The position numbers were made by a program, and so were the translations under genes. From Heterodontus francisci (taxonomy: Eukaryota): a DNA stretch of 64,000 nucleotides. Location: assembly GCF_036365525.1 (NCBI RefSeq), contig NC_090413.1, positions 22,937,869 to 23,001,868 of the forward strand, given 5' to 3'. This document shows, piece after piece, positions 50,201-64,000 of the stretch (positions are counted from its first letter, which is position 1; every line of letters starts with the position of its first letter). The notes below the pieces were generated by a model, which saw only the letters and a program-made list of their open reading frames with translations, was not told the DNA's origin and did not search any database.

Positions 50201-53200
50201 TTCTCATTTGAAAACTGCTTTAGGTTAGAGGTTGTTGCATTAAAAAAGTGAAATGTGAAAGCAGGGGGTGTTGCATTGTTGAGTTAACATTGTGTGCAGT
50301 TGAATGGTTAATGCACGTTCACAGCCACGCTTCTCGCACAGCCTGATCCCAACCTCAACCATGTTGTCAAGGAGTTGTAGATAAATGTGTGGCAGCTACC
50401 CCGCTCACTCACTCACACGCACACACCATAAGTTGCTGGCACTGTGGTAACTTGGGAATTATAAAGGAAGTTACATATTGTATAGTATATGCTAATGATT
50501 GTAAATTTTGGTGCGTAGTTTGCTTTATATTAAAGGTGGTTGTATTAAAAAGAAACAACCATGTTTTAGAATATTACAAGTTTTAACACTATGCAAAGGA
50601 CTGATTATTGGGCATTCACACTCACAATCAGTCCTGTTAGGAACTCTTTATTGCTGAGAAATCAGAGTGCTGTAATGAGTAACATAACTGGGATCACTGA
50701 AAGGGAAGTAAATAACTGATTTTTGCACCCCCAGCCAGTAGCATGGCTTCTGAGGTTTGGGTGACTTTTGATCAGCTGTTCCCCAGTGCTAGCAATGGAA
50801 TCAGTTCAGGAATCTAGCTATTGGTATCATACCAGAGTTACCCATTGTGCAAGATCTGACCCTGGTGGTTCAGTCTCCATGCAGGTGAGATATTTGATGC
50901 AAAAAACATCAGACCTCTATAACAATACCCTCTCTTATATAAAATGGGAGACCAAATTAACACGTTACCTTTTCCTCTTTCATTTTCATTTAGTCACATT
51001 CTGTTCTCTAGCAGTTTAGCTGTGCATATGACAGAAGGACAGATGCAAACTGCGTGACCGATTTACTGTTGCATTGTAATGATGAACATCATTGTGTGCA
51101 CTCTATAAACCTGCTAGCATCATCCAGTGGCAATGGTTAGGTACTACAGAAGTAAACTGGTATTTGGCAGCATATTATATAGAATTTACTGTACAGTGTT
51201 TATGCTCCACACAAGCCTCCTCCCACCCTCTTTCATCTAATCCCATATTAAACAATCCACAGTAATACATCAACTTTGGCAGAAGTGAAAATTAAGAGCT
51301 GCCCTTGTGTTGAAGTTAAGTCAAAATTTGCACACAGGCCACAACACTCAGTCAGTGTTTCAAAGCCTGACTGCATGTAGATTAAGAGATTTAGAGGAGT
51401 GTTTTCCAATGTTCCCTCACACAGTGCAATGAAAAGGCAATGCACAACCATATTTCCCTTTAGGTTGTACCTATGCGTGGTCACGCAGCAATGTATGCAG
51501 ATGTAATGTTCATCTTTCGTCCTTGACTGTTTTCTCACTCTCTCCTGAAGGTGCTAACACCATTGCTAGTACAGTTCCACAGGCAGTGGGTTCCCTGTCC
51601 AAGTTAATGGTTTGTTTCTGTTTTCTATCTATATAAATGACGAGGACAGGTCGGTGTGAATTTGCATAGTTTAAAGTGCAGAAACATGCCAAGTTAATAA
51701 CTGTAACTCTGCAGAAGTTAATTTAATGTTCTTGAATTATCAGCTTCAGTTATTTTTCCAAGTCAGCCCTTACTGCTATGCACCTGATCCGTATCTTCGG
51801 TATCCACCGCAAAAATAAAAATGGTTATTTTTAAGTAGAAACAGAATTCCCTCCACGTTTAGAAAGTGTTTGGTATTCTTCCTTACAGTCTGATTATTGA
51901 ATGAGATATTGATAATGATACACTCTAATTTTGGTAAAGAGATTTTAGTGAGTTACTTGGAGGGAGAACTAGTGCGATAATTTTGTCAGGTAAGTGGCAG
52001 GTATATCACTGACAGCAAAACCATCCTGTCAGCTCCCCCTCTAAGACTCCAGAGCCTAGCAAATGATTCCTTCCGCATCTGGTAGCTCCCTCAGAATGAG
52101 CCCAATACTGCACAAGCTCAGTGTCTCATTTGACTCAGCTGACTTTCAAATCCCACAGCCTTGCTATCATGAAGTCTGCTGTACCTCACTCGGCTGCCAC
52201 TGAGACACGTATCCACACCATTGTCACCTCCTGACATGATTACTCCAGCTCATTTCTTGCTGACTCCCTATAGGATGGATCTGTGGTTTGCAGTATTGAG
52301 CACAGTAGCAACGTTGAACTCCCCACTGCCCTATTCCTCCCACCATTGAGCTACTATTACTTGTATTAATATGGGGGCACAGAACAAAAGCTTGCTCGGT
52401 GTGGCATTGGCAGAGACCCAACAGCATATGGTCTTTCCATCACCTTGCCTGAAAGAAATGCAAGACCCACACAGACTAAGGAGGAAATAGAGGTCTGTTG
52501 TATTAAGCAATTACAGTTATGAAATGATTTCTTTCTTCATGAAATAACAAGCGAAGAGTCAGAATCATGTTGCAAACTCTCATGGATCTATCACTTGGAA
52601 TATGTGCAATGTTCTTTTAAAAACAAAACCACTTTAATAAATTCAGTAATACTTTCAATCAGCTGGTCTCAGCTTCAGATCAGATACAACGCAACATGTA
52701 ATAATGATTCTATTATGTATTTTTCCCTGAGCCACACATGACCTAGGAAACTAGCCATGCTGCATAGATTCTGTTACTGATGGTTGAAGAAGGAAGACCT
52801 GCCAGAGATCCATATCTGAGACCACCAGTTATTATGCTTTTTGATCTGAGATGTAAAATCCTGCTGTTGGATCACCAACGTTGCAAAGTTGAGATGTATT
52901 AAACCAGTCTTATCCAGGTAAAGGATAAAACATATTGTAATAGTTGGCATCCATGTCAGATTTGAAAAGACGTATAAAGTGGTAAGCAGCCCTTTTTAAC
53001 CCATTACTTTCCCCAATTTGACCCAACTGCGCCCCTTGCCCTTAGTCTTTTTTCCCCAGAATCTACTTTTGGTCCTTTCCAACCTAGGCTGTATGTCTCA
53101 CGGGTTGACACTTTGGGTGCTGTAGTTCCACAGTAGCAAGATTAAAACTACAGCTCTGATATTGACGCATCTCTTTCAAAAACGCAATTTTTGTCCACAG

Positions 53201-53389
53201 GAATGGGAAAACTCAACACCCAAGGCCTAGGGGAAATTTCCAATCAAAACCCAGGCTCCTGTCAGGCCTATGTGGGGGAAAAAACTTCTTGATACCATTT
53301 CTGACAATACATGAGCAATTCATGGGTAAGTTTATTGGGGTTTTTTTTAAGAATTCCGTTTATGCCATTTCTGTATGTATACAGTCACA

Positions 53390-53842
53390 GTGTCAGCTGT
53401 GGCTCAGTTGGTAGCACTCTCACCTCTGAGTCACGGGTTGTGAGTTCAAGTTCCACTCCAGAGCACAAAATCTAGGCTGACACTCCAGTGCAATACTGAG
53501 GAAGCGTTACACTGTTGGAGGTGCCATCTTTCAGATGAGATAATGAACAAAGGCCCTATCTGCTCTGTCAAGTGGATGTAAAAGATCCCATGGCACTATT
53601 TAGAAGAATAGTAGGGGAGTTCTCCCTGGTGTCCAAGCCCTTATTTTACCTTCAATCAACATTACAAAAGCAAATGATCTGGTCATTAACACATTGCTGT
53701 TTGTGGGAGCTTGCTGTGCTCAAATTGGCTCCCATGTTTCCTATGCTATAACAGTGACCACACTTCAAAAGTGCTTCATTGGTTGTAAAGCACCTGGGGA
53801 TGTCCTAAAGTCATGAAAGGTGCTATAGAAATGTTTTTTTTT
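53390..53842 (+). mobile_element. Deu-domain SINE, full length
   Basis: tggctcagttggtagc A-box, gagttcaagttcc B-box, ggggagttctccctggtgtcc core, aaaggtgctatagaaatg tail. Confidence 0.82.
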
Positions 53843-55828
53843 ACCCAAGTGGAAAGGGAAGCAATGTGGAGACACTTTTGGACAATGACAGTGATTGGTT
53901 TCATGTCATCTCAGAATTTTGATATTGTGTCCTCTATACCCAAGTCCTGATCACTTAAAAACCAGATACTCCTGTTGCTTGCGCAAGAGTGGGTAAGACC
54001 TCTTTTGTATAAGGAAGGGGCAGCTTCCTAAACATTTATCCAGTTTCTTCAACAGTTTTGAGAGGTCCATTTTAGCAGGATCTTTGCATCTTATAGTTTG
54101 ATATTTAGTGATGACTGATTCTTGACTTGTGCAAGAAGATACATACTCTGAGAACAGTTCATCATAACCAGCCAATAGCAAATAATCCCAGTACTTCAAC
54201 CTAAGTAACAATTAAGCTCACGATGCAGTGCCTTGGAGCTTGCAATGCACGTTACTTAAATCATACGAATATTCCACTGAAATAACCAGACTTCTAAATT
54301 ACTCTATCATATGGGTGCCATCTCCTTTACAGAGCTGCATGCTTGGATCGGTGGCAGATGATACTCCCGTTTTTCCAATATAATCACAGATTCACCATAT
54401 AAGTAGGAGAGGCTGTTGCTGTTCAGGCTTTCTATTCATTACAAATAGTTATCATAGGCAGACAGAGTCTCCTACTGAATGCTTCACCCTTATTAATTTG
54501 CACGCGAATTATAATCTTGACCTATGGAGAACTTACAGCATGCCTAGTACATCCTCCTGTTTCCTTCAAAAGGTGGAAAGTACCATACGATTGGACCAAT
54601 GTGTACAGGTTAAAACAAATAGATTTATTAACAGAAGCAGTTAGATGCAACAAGATACAATATGTAGTATTTAGAAAATAAAAACAGAATTAGTCTGTAA
54701 AGAGTTAGAATATCCTGTTATTTCATATACTGCTTGATAACCAGTAGGACTTTTGGATGATTGTCTTTTGTAGACCTTCACAGTGCCATGTATGTGGGTG
54801 GCTGCTGCTCCCCAGGGAGCTCACATCACCAGTCAGAATTATAGTTGACAGCAATTTCTAGGTTTGAAGACCAGGGTTCTTTCACTTCTGTGTTCATCAG
54901 CCCACATATTTTCCTCCCATTTACTATAACAATCACCGCTGGCCCACAGAAGCAGCACCCTCCCTGGACAAACAGTCCACATGAATTTCTGATCCGTGCT
55001 ACCAATGGGGGAGACACCCAACTGCAAATTGCACACATTGTTTACAAATGGAAGGAGAAGTATTGTAACAGGTTATTTTCAGATCAAAAGTGGCTGGGGG
55101 TAGGGGGATGGGGGAACAAAGCAGTCAAACATAATACCAATAACTTAAAGTGAACACAACATGGCTACAAAGAGGACCTTTATTATTCACTTCTGCAGAT
55201 CTCCACAAATTACCAATAATTACTGTTTCTCTTTTTTGGGGGGAGGGGTGCACAGAGTGGAGACTTCACCGGAGTGAGACGTAGTCAGAGTGTGAAGGTG
55301 GGAATTTAGTTCATGTGGTAAGTTCTGGTGAGTTTTTCTCAAGTTCAATTTAGATTAAGAGTCAGGCTTTGACATAGAACTTTCAAACTTCAAGTTAGTT
55401 AAATAGCCTTGTTAAACAATAGGTGCTAATTACCGCAGCAGGCTAGCTAGCTAGCAAGTGACTCATCAGAGGCCCTATAAAAGCAGTCAGAATTTCAAAC
55501 TGCACAGAGTGAGTAGTGCACGGAGTGTGGAGCCTTCACCGGAGTGAGGCGTAGTCAGAGTGTGAAGGTAGGAATTTGGTACCGAGGGGGAAAGAGGAAT
55601 TGATGTGTGACATGCCAGCAAGGAAGGTAAGTGGTTGGCGAATGTTTTCTCTTATCTAAATGAAGGAATTTTAATTTGGGTTAGTAGAACATTAATTGGA
55701 ATATTCACCATAAGAATCTTCTGAGACTCAGGTGATTTATTAGTAAGGTTTTATTAATTGTAGTAAGGTTTACCAGCAATAGTAAAGCTTACTAGAAGTG
55801 GGGCTTAGTAGTAGTGTGGGTTATTTTT

Positions 55829-56165
55829 GGGGCGACGCAGTGGTTAGCACCGCAGCCTCACAGCTCCAGCAACCTGGGTTCAGTTCTGGGTACTGCCTGT
55901 GCGGAGTTTGCAAGTTCTCCCTGTGACCGCATGGGTTTCCGCCGGGTGCTCCGGTTTCCTCCCACAGCCAAAGACTTGCAGGTTGAAGGGTTAAATTGGA
56001 CATTGTAAATTGCCCCTAGTGTAGGTAGGTGGTAGGAGAATGGTGGGGATGTGGTAGGAAATATGGGATTAATGTAGGATTAGTATAAATGGGTGGTTGA
56101 TGGTCCGCACAGGTTCAGTGGGCCGAAAGGGCCTGTTTCAGTGCTGTATCTCTAAATTTAAAAAA
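55829..56165 (+). mobile_element. HE1-type SINE in the CR1 5' region
   Basis: Near-identical to 6291-6618. Confidence 0.88.
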
Positions 56166-59100
56166 AATTAATTAATTAAGAAAAATAAATTAATTAACAC
56201 ATTATAAAGATGGTAGGGTAGGTGATGTGTTGTGGCTGCAGTATGTGGGAACTGGTGGACGCCAGTGTGATCCACGGCAAACACGTCTGCAGTAAGTGTC
56301 CGTGGCTCGAGGAGCTTCGGCTCAGAGTCAGTGAGCTGGAGGCTGAGCTACAGACATTGCGATGCATTGGGGAGGGTGGAGGGGGAGGTTTTCTGGACAC
56401 TTTGTTCCAGAAGGCAGTCACACCCCTTAGGATAGGGTCGTCTGACTTGGTCAGTGGTCAGGGACAGGAGGGTGTGAATGCGAATCAGGCAGATAAGGGG
56501 ATCGAGAAAGTGGGAGTGGAGGAGCCTCAACCCTTGCAATTGAGCAACAATTTTGAGGTCCTTGCAGCTTGTGTGGACAAGAGCGAGGGTTGTAGTGTAC
56601 GAGCAGACTTGACCATGGTACAGGAAGCCATTCAAGTGGGGGAAGTTAAAAGGAATGTAGTGGTAGTAGGCAAAAATATAGTCAGGGGGATAGAACTGTT
56701 CTCTGTAGCTGAGAACATGAATCCGGAAGGCTGTGTTGTCTGCCTGTTGCCAGGGCTCAGGATATCTGCACAGGGCTGGAGAGGAACTTGCAGTGAGAGG
56801 GAAAAGATCCAGTTGTCGTGGTCCATGTAGGTACCAATGACATTGATAGGACTAGGAAAGAAGTTCTGCATAGGGAATATGAGAAGCTAGGCACTAAATT
56901 AAAAAGCAGAACTTCAAAGATGGTAATCTCTATTATTACCTGAGCCATGTGCAAACTGGCATAGGATAAATAAGATTAGAGCGATGAATGCGTGGCTTAA
57001 AGACTGGTGTGGGAGAAGTGAGTTCTGGTTCGTGGGGCACTGGCATCAGTACTGGTGAAAGTGGGGGCTGTACCGTTGGGATGGTCTGCACCCGAACCGT
57101 GTTGGGACCAGTGTTCTAGCTAGTTGTATAACTAGGGAAGTAAAGAGGACTTTAAACTAAATAGAGAGTGGAAGATTGAGTAAATTAAAGGGAAATGATA
57201 AGGCAATAGATCAAGGTAACAATAAAAGTAATGACAATCAGAATATGGCAGGAAGGGACACTGAGTGCAGACTTAACTCTGTGTGCCAGCAGATAGGGCC
57301 AGAGCTTACAAAACAGATGAATTGTCAGCTCCAATAGAAATTCATATGTATGACCTAATAGCCATTACAGAGACATGACTACAAGGAAACTAATGCTGGG
57401 CATAAGGGTACATGACATTCAGGAAGGACAGGAAGCTGGGAAAAGGTGGTGGGGTAGCATAGCCTAGCATAGTGAGAGATGATCTTAGTTCTAAAGATCA
57501 AGATGTAGAATCAGTTTGGGTAGAACTAAGAAATCACAAGGGGCAGAAAACATTGGTGGGAGTTGTTTATAGGTCACCAAACAGCAGTGATAATGTAAAT
57601 TACAGCATAAATCAGGAAATTATGGCTGTGTGTAACAAGTGTAATACAGTAATCATGGGGATTTCAATCTACATATAGACTGGGTAAACCTAATTTAGTG
57701 CTAATGCTGTGGAGGACGAATTCTTGGAATGTATGTGGGATGGTTTTCTAGAGCAGTACATTGAGGAACTAACTAGAGATTGGGCTGTTTTAGATCTAGT
57801 ATTGTGCAATGAAAACGGGATAATTAATAATCTTGTAACGGAGCCTTTAGGAAAGCGTGACCATAATATGATAGAATTTTACATTAAGTTTGGACGTGAT
57901 ATAGCTCAATCAGAATCTAAGCAAAGGAAACTAAGAAGGTATGAGGGGCAAATTGGCTATGGTGGTTCAAGGAACTGCATTAAAAGGTATGACGGTAGAC
58001 AGGCAGTGGCTAATATTTAAAGAACTAATACATAATTCACAACAAAAATACATTCCTTTAATGCACAAAAATCCAGCAAGGAAAGTATTCCAACCTTGGC
58101 TAATGAAAGAAATCAAGGATTGTATTAGATCTAAGGAAGTGGTGTATAACGTTGCTTAAAAAATGGTAAGCATGAGGATTGTGAGCATTTTAGAATTCTG
58201 CAAAGGAGGACCAAGATAAAGATTAAGAAAGGAAAAATAGAAATGAATGCAAACTAGCGACAAACATAAAAACGGACTGTAAAAGCTTCTATAGGTATAT
58301 AAAAAGGAAAAGATTAGCAAAATCAAAATTGGATCCATTGCAAGCTGAGTGATAACAATTTATAATGGGGAATAAGTAAGTGGCAGACAAACTAAAAAAA
58401 ATACTTTGTTCTATCTTCACGGAGGAAAATACTAAAAACCTGCCAGAAATAATGGAAAATTAAGGGACTAGTGGAAATGAGGAATTGCAAGATATTATTA
58501 GTAAAAAAAAAGTACTAGAGAAATTAATGGAACTTAAAGTCGATATCCCCTGGACCTGATGATCTACATACCAGAGTGTTGAAAGAGGTGGCTGTAGAGA
58601 TAGTAGATGTATTGGTGGTCATCTTTCACAATTCTGTAGACTCTGGAATGGTTCCTGCAGATTGGAAGGTGGCAATTGTAACCACACTATTTAAGCATGG
58701 AGGGAGAGAGAAAACGGGGAACTACAGACCTGTTAGTCTAATATCAGTCATAGGGAAAATGCTAGAATCTATAATAAAGGTTGTGATTACAGGACACTTA
58801 GAAAATAATAGTAGGATTGGGCAGAGTCAACATGGATTTATGAAAGGGAAATCATGTTTTACTAACGTATTGGAGTTTTTTGAGGATGTAACTAGCAGAA
58901 TAGAAAAGGGGGAACTGGTGGATGTGGTATATTTAGATTTTCAGAAAGCTTTTGATTAGGTCCCACAAGAGGTTAGTAAACAAAATTAGAGCACATGGGA
59001 TTAGGGGGAATATACTGGCATGGATTGAGAACTGGTTAATGGACAGAAAACAAAGAGTAGGAGTAAATGGGACATTTTCAGGTTGGCAGGCTGTGACTAG

Positions 59101-59427
59101 CGGGGTGCCACAAGGATCAGTGCTTGCGCCCCAGCTATTCACAATCTATATCAACGATTTGGATGTGGGGATTAAATGTAATATTTCCAAGTTTGCAGTT
59201 GACACAAAACTAAGTGGAAGTGTGAATTGTGAGAAGGATGAATAGATGCTTCGAAGGGATTTAGAGAGGCTAAGCGAGTGGGTAATAATTTGGCAGATGG
59301 AATACAATATGGAGAAATGTGAGGTTATCCACTTTGGTAGGAAAAATAAAAATACAGAGTCTTTCTTAAATGGTGAAAGGCTGGGAAGTGCTGAACTTCA
59401 ATGGACTTTGCGTCCTTGTACATTTTT

Positions 59428-60725
59428 TTAATTCATTCATGGGATGTGGGTGTCACTGGCTAGGCCAGCATTTATTGCCCGTCACTAATTGCCCTTGAGA
59501 AGGTGGTGGTAAGCTGCCTTCTTGAACTGCTGCAGTCCTTGGCGTGTAGATACATCAACAGTGCTGTTAGGAAGGGAGTTTCAGGATTTTGACCCAGCGA
59601 CAGTGAAGGAACGGCGATATAGTTCCAAGTCGGGATGGTGTGTGGCTTGGAGGGGAACTTGCAGGTGGTGGTGTTCCCATGCAGCTGCTGCCCTTGTCCT
59701 TCTAAGTGGTAGATGTCATGAGTTTGGAAGGTGCTGTCGAAGAAAGCTTGGTAAGTTGCTGCAGTGCATCTTGTAGATGGTACACACTGCTGCCACTGTG
59801 CGTCGGTGGTGAAGGGAGTGAATGTTGAAGGTGGTGGATGGGGTGCCAATCAAACTGGCTGCTTTGTCCTGGATCGTATCGAGTTTCTTGAAGGTTGTTG
59901 GAGCTGCACCCATCCAGGCAAGTGGAGAGTATTCCATCAGACTCCTGACTTGTGCCTTGTAGATGGTGAACAGACATTGGGGAGACAGGAGGTGAGTTAC
60001 CGCAGAATTCCCAGCCTCTGACCTGCTCTTGTAGCCACAGTATTTATGTGGCTGGTCCAGTTCAGCTTCAGGTCAATGGTAACTCCCTAGGATGTTGATA
60101 GTGGGGGATTCCGCATTGCTAATGCCATTGAACATCAAGTGAAGATATTTAGATTCTTCCTTGTTTGAGATGGTCATTGTCTGGCACTCAAGTTACTTTG
60201 CCACTTATCAGCCAAAGCCTGCGTGTTGTCCAGGTCTTGCTGCATCTGGACACAGACTGCTTCAGTATCTGAGGAGTTGTGAACAGTGCTGAACATTGTA
60301 CAATCATCAGCGAACATCCCCACTTCGGACCTTATGATGGAGGGAAGGTCATTAATGAAACAACTGAAGATGTTTGGGCCTAGGACACTCCCCTGAGGAA
60401 CTCCTGCAATGATGTCCATGGAACTGAGATGACTGACCTCAACAACCATAACCATCTTCCTTTGTGCCAGGTATGACTCCAACCAGTGGAGAGTCCCCCC
60501 GCCCTTGATTCCCATTGACTCCAGTTTTGCTAGGGCTCTTTGATGCCATACTCGGTCACCTCTGGAGTTCAGCTCGTTTGTCCATGTTTGGACCAAGGCT
60601 GTAATGAGGTCAGAAGCTAAGTGCCTCTGGTGGAACCCAAACTGAGCAGGTTATTGCTGAGTAAGTGCCGCTTGATAGCACTGTCGCTAACCCCTTTCAT
60701 CACTTTGCTGACGAGGGTAGACTAG
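59428..60725 (-). mobile_element. CR1/L2-group LINE, 5'-truncated, inserted antisense into the CR1
   Basis: [26 protein letters not shown]; MEYSPLAW..LDTIQDKAA; host CR1 resumes ~60730. Confidence 0.85.
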
Positions 60726-63284
60726 TTTGAGTCACTGAAAGCTAACATTCAGGTACAGCAAGCAATTAAGGCGGCAAATGGTATGTTGGCCTTTATTACA
60801 AGAGGATTTGACTATAGGAGTAAAGATGTCTTTCTGCAATTGAGACCGCACCTGGAGTATCATGTGCAGTTTTGGTCTCCTTACCTAAGGAAAGATATGC
60901 TTGCCATAGAGGGAGTGCAACGAAGATTCACCAAACTAATTCCTGGGATAGATTGTCCTATAAGGAAAAATTAAATAGACTGGGCCTTATTCTCTGGAGT
61001 TTAGAAGAAAGAGAGATAATCTCATTCAAACATACAAGGTTGATGCAGGAAGGATGTTTCCCCTGGCGGGGGAGTCTAGAACCAAGGGACACAGTCTCAG
61101 AATAAGGGCAGGCCATTTAGGACTGAGATGAGGAGGAAATTCTTCACTCAGAGGTTGGTAAGTCTTTGGAATTCTCTGCCCGAGGGCTGTGGAGGCTCAG
61201 TCGTTGAGTATGTTCAAGACTGAGATTGATAGATTTCTACATATTAAAAACATCAAGGGGATACGGGGATAGTGCAGGGAAATGGTGTTGAAGTAGATCA
61301 GCCATGATCTCATTGAATGGGGGAGTGGGCTGAACGGCCGCCTCCTATTTTTTATGTTCTTAAAACAAAACTGAACTCCAACTAATGTAACAAAATCCAA
61401 ACACGCTAATCCACAGCCCTCAGCAGCAGGAGACTGTGTATTAGCTCATGCTGAAATGTATCGTGCATTACAAATGATTTACAAAATGACATTTTCTTTA
61501 GAAACACATGCAAACTGCATAATCTTCATTAGATCAGGTTCTTACTTTATTGCGTATAAACACAATGCAAACTTTACATGCAACATTTTTGAAAATCGGT
61601 GTTGGTCAGCGTCTTATAATGGAAATGGTGACAGCATCATTTGCCACCTCACACCATATGATGGGTGGCTGGGCAGGGGTTTTACACCCACATGTAGTCA
61701 GTTTTCATTCTTAGTCAAAAGTATTTGGGTGGGGGGGAGGGAACACCAATTGCAGTCAAGATGCTTCTCTCAAGGTCAAAAGTTTCAAGAAAAAACTCTA
61801 TATAGCTTCGATACATCTGAGAGGATCTCATCGGGCTTCTTCTGCATGTCTATCAGCTGAATGCAGAGGAACTTTAGAGTAAGTTGGTGGCTCACAAACC
61901 TTGGTTAAGGAGCCACACAGAGGGCTTTTTTTTTTGTATATAACTCTCAACAAAAAAATCTCTCTAAAGGTACAGGTCTTCTCAGTAAGGCAGTCTTTTC
62001 AAAAAAAGCATAGCACGTGGCAGAAAAAAAATGTTTGTTTTGGTCAGCCAGGGTCTGTCACAACCAGAAACCTACGGTCATGTTTAGGCGTCTCCAAGGC
62101 AAGCCACTGCGAAATCCCCACAGGGAGTTTTAATTCGTCAGATATGGAATGTGTACTCTCTCACTGTAGAGATACACCCCACTTAAAGTACACAGGGGAA
62201 CGCCTCAAGTGTGCACAAAAAGAACTGCTTAACCAGTTTAGTTTAACCAGCTAAACTCAGTGCCAAGAATTTCAGTCACAAACTTACCCTCCCTGTTCTA
62301 ATATTGAACTACTCTGGCTCAACAAAAATGCCCTGGAGCACTGAAGACCAGACTGGTTCATGTATCAGAAAAGCTGCTGCTGATTTATAACTTTTACCAG
62401 GGTTTTGCTTGAGGGGGATAGGGGAGGTTGCGACTCCACCTCCCAAAAACCATGAGCTTTGCTTTAATATACAGATTGTATTTATAGGGAACAGTAGTCT
62501 AGGGCAACTTGGAATAGCAGGATTTCAGGGGAAGGGCAAGAATCACATACTTCATTTCTATGTGGAAACTATAGTGGAAGTATGTATCCTACCATCTAAA
62601 TAAATGCGTGTGTTGCTTGGAGTGCGAAGGTAAACAGCAAAGAGCCAAAATAATTTATAGTTTGTGGTTGATGGCACCCCATTGCATAGCTTATTTTTAG
62701 AAAAATGAAGGCACAGATCAATTGGCATAAATGAGAACATTTCAGCTCCTGGCTGATGTTGTGTGAATCCTTAGAACAGTTAAATTCAGATATTTTGGAA
62801 GAAGTTGCACTCTTAAAACCTTGGTGCATCAAACACATGACTTTCTGCACGAGTAAAACATAAAATGCATTAATTCAGGTTAGAATTTCGATAAGGGGTA
62901 CGGACTGAAGTGAAGGATAAAGCAAAAAGAAATTTTGAAAAACTCAAACAGAAGATGTAGATTCTTTTAAAAGTTGTCCATTCAAATTTTCTTTTCATCT
63001 AAAAGGGAAACCATTAACACTTTCAGCACCGAACTGTTTATTCAAAAGCAGAACTAAAATTTGTTTCAAACTGAACATTTGAAGCAGAGCAGGATATAGA
63101 GCTATGGGGAGAGAAAAGGATAATGGGATTAGTTCTGAATTGCTCAAGCAAAGAGCCAACACAGATAATGAACCAAATGGCCACCTTCTGAATAGTATCC
63201 TTCCATACATCTATAATCCCCAACCCCTTATTTCTGTGCAGCACTTATTAGAAGTATCCATAAAGTAGCTTTTAATTTAATTTA

Positions 63285-63560
63285 ACGTAATTGGCAAAAA
63301 AGACAAGGGGAGATGAGTTTTTTTTTTTTAAACGCAGTGAGTTATGATCTGGAACGCACTACCTGAAAAAGAGTGGCAGAGCAGATTCAGTAATAACTTT
63401 CAAAAGGTCTTTGGATAAAATGTTTGAAAGGGAGAAAGTTTACAGGGCTCTAGGGAAAGAGCAGGAAGCAGGACTAATTGAATAGCTCTTTCAAAAATCA
63501 GGCATAGGCATGATGGGCCTCCTGAAGAATAGCCTCCTTCTGTGCTGTATAATTCTATAA
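63285..63560 (+). mobile_element. CR1 3' fragment
   Basis: acgcagtgagttatgatctggaacgcactacctgaaa..cctccttctgtgctgtataattctat. Confidence 0.7.
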
Positions 63561-64000
63561 TTAGGAAATCAAGGAGAGTTGAAAGCCGAGGAACCTCAGT
63601 ACTTGAGGCCAAATTATTCAAAATGCTGGATGAGCCAGGGACTGATTTAGAATTTGTTTTAAAACAATCTAACAAGCAATCGACAAAGTGCTGATTTTCA
63701 CAAGTCATGTCGCTGAACAATTGGGACTATTTCTGTACAGTGAAAGATTGCAGGCCTGTGATAGCTTTTCCCAGAATCAGGGCATGGATATCATGAGTAC
63801 CTGAGGAATTAAAAAATAAAGCAGCAAATGTTAGATTTAAATAGAACACAAGACATCTCAGAAACACTTAACAGTCCTGCCCGTCCTTTTCTCAACAGTC
63901 AATGAATTTGTCGTCAGTGTACACGTTTCACCTTTTAAGTCAGAGTCTGCTGTAGCGCTATACAGTTTGAAGTTATCAGAAGTAAATGGGGAACATCAGG

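Larger units (their letters stand above)
55245..61365 (+). mobile_element. Full-length degenerate CR1 LINE carrying two younger insertions
   Basis: 5' UTR with duplicated unit; ORF1 (CCGCSMW..CSKC zinc finger, leucine zipper, SGNH-like VVVVGKNIVRG) from ~56210; ORF2 remnants (ESVWVELRN, GNYRPVSL, QGSVLAP); 3' tail near 61360. Confidence 0.88.

Noticed and set aside
61380-64000. Expected GCDH 3' end by human synteny
   Set aside because: I found no GCDH C-terminal peptide ([16 protein letters not shown]) by eye; region is unique but uninterpretable

Overview
Vertebrate genomic DNA, almost certainly a cartilaginous fish (shark): it carries HE1-type SINEs, Deu-domain SINEs, and abundant CR1 and Penelope/Neptune retroelements. 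Spliced genes read by hand from the sequence: the last three coding exons of FARSA (+, 655-7686); a two-exon SMIM44-like small membrane protein gene (-, 16337-10802); an unrecognised single-exon ~660-aa Ala/Glu/Lys/Pro/Cys tandem-repeat ORF (-, 25557-23575); and SYCE2 (+, CpG-island promoter ~43380-43640, three coding exons 45031-49816). The FARSA-SYCE2 order and orientation match human chr19p13, but two extra genes sit between them here. The best candidate novelty is the orphan repeat-protein gene: all its repeat units preserve frame, it is divergent from SYCE2, and it shares an RFX X-box 10-mer with the SYCE2 promoter. Between the two genes is a nested retrotransposon stack (CR1 > Penelope > young CR1 plus near-complete Penelope) resolvable by target-site duplications, with minimal hammerhead-like motifs in the Penelope pLTRs. 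Gene names come from my recollection of protein sequences, not database searches; most repeat boundaries are approximate.
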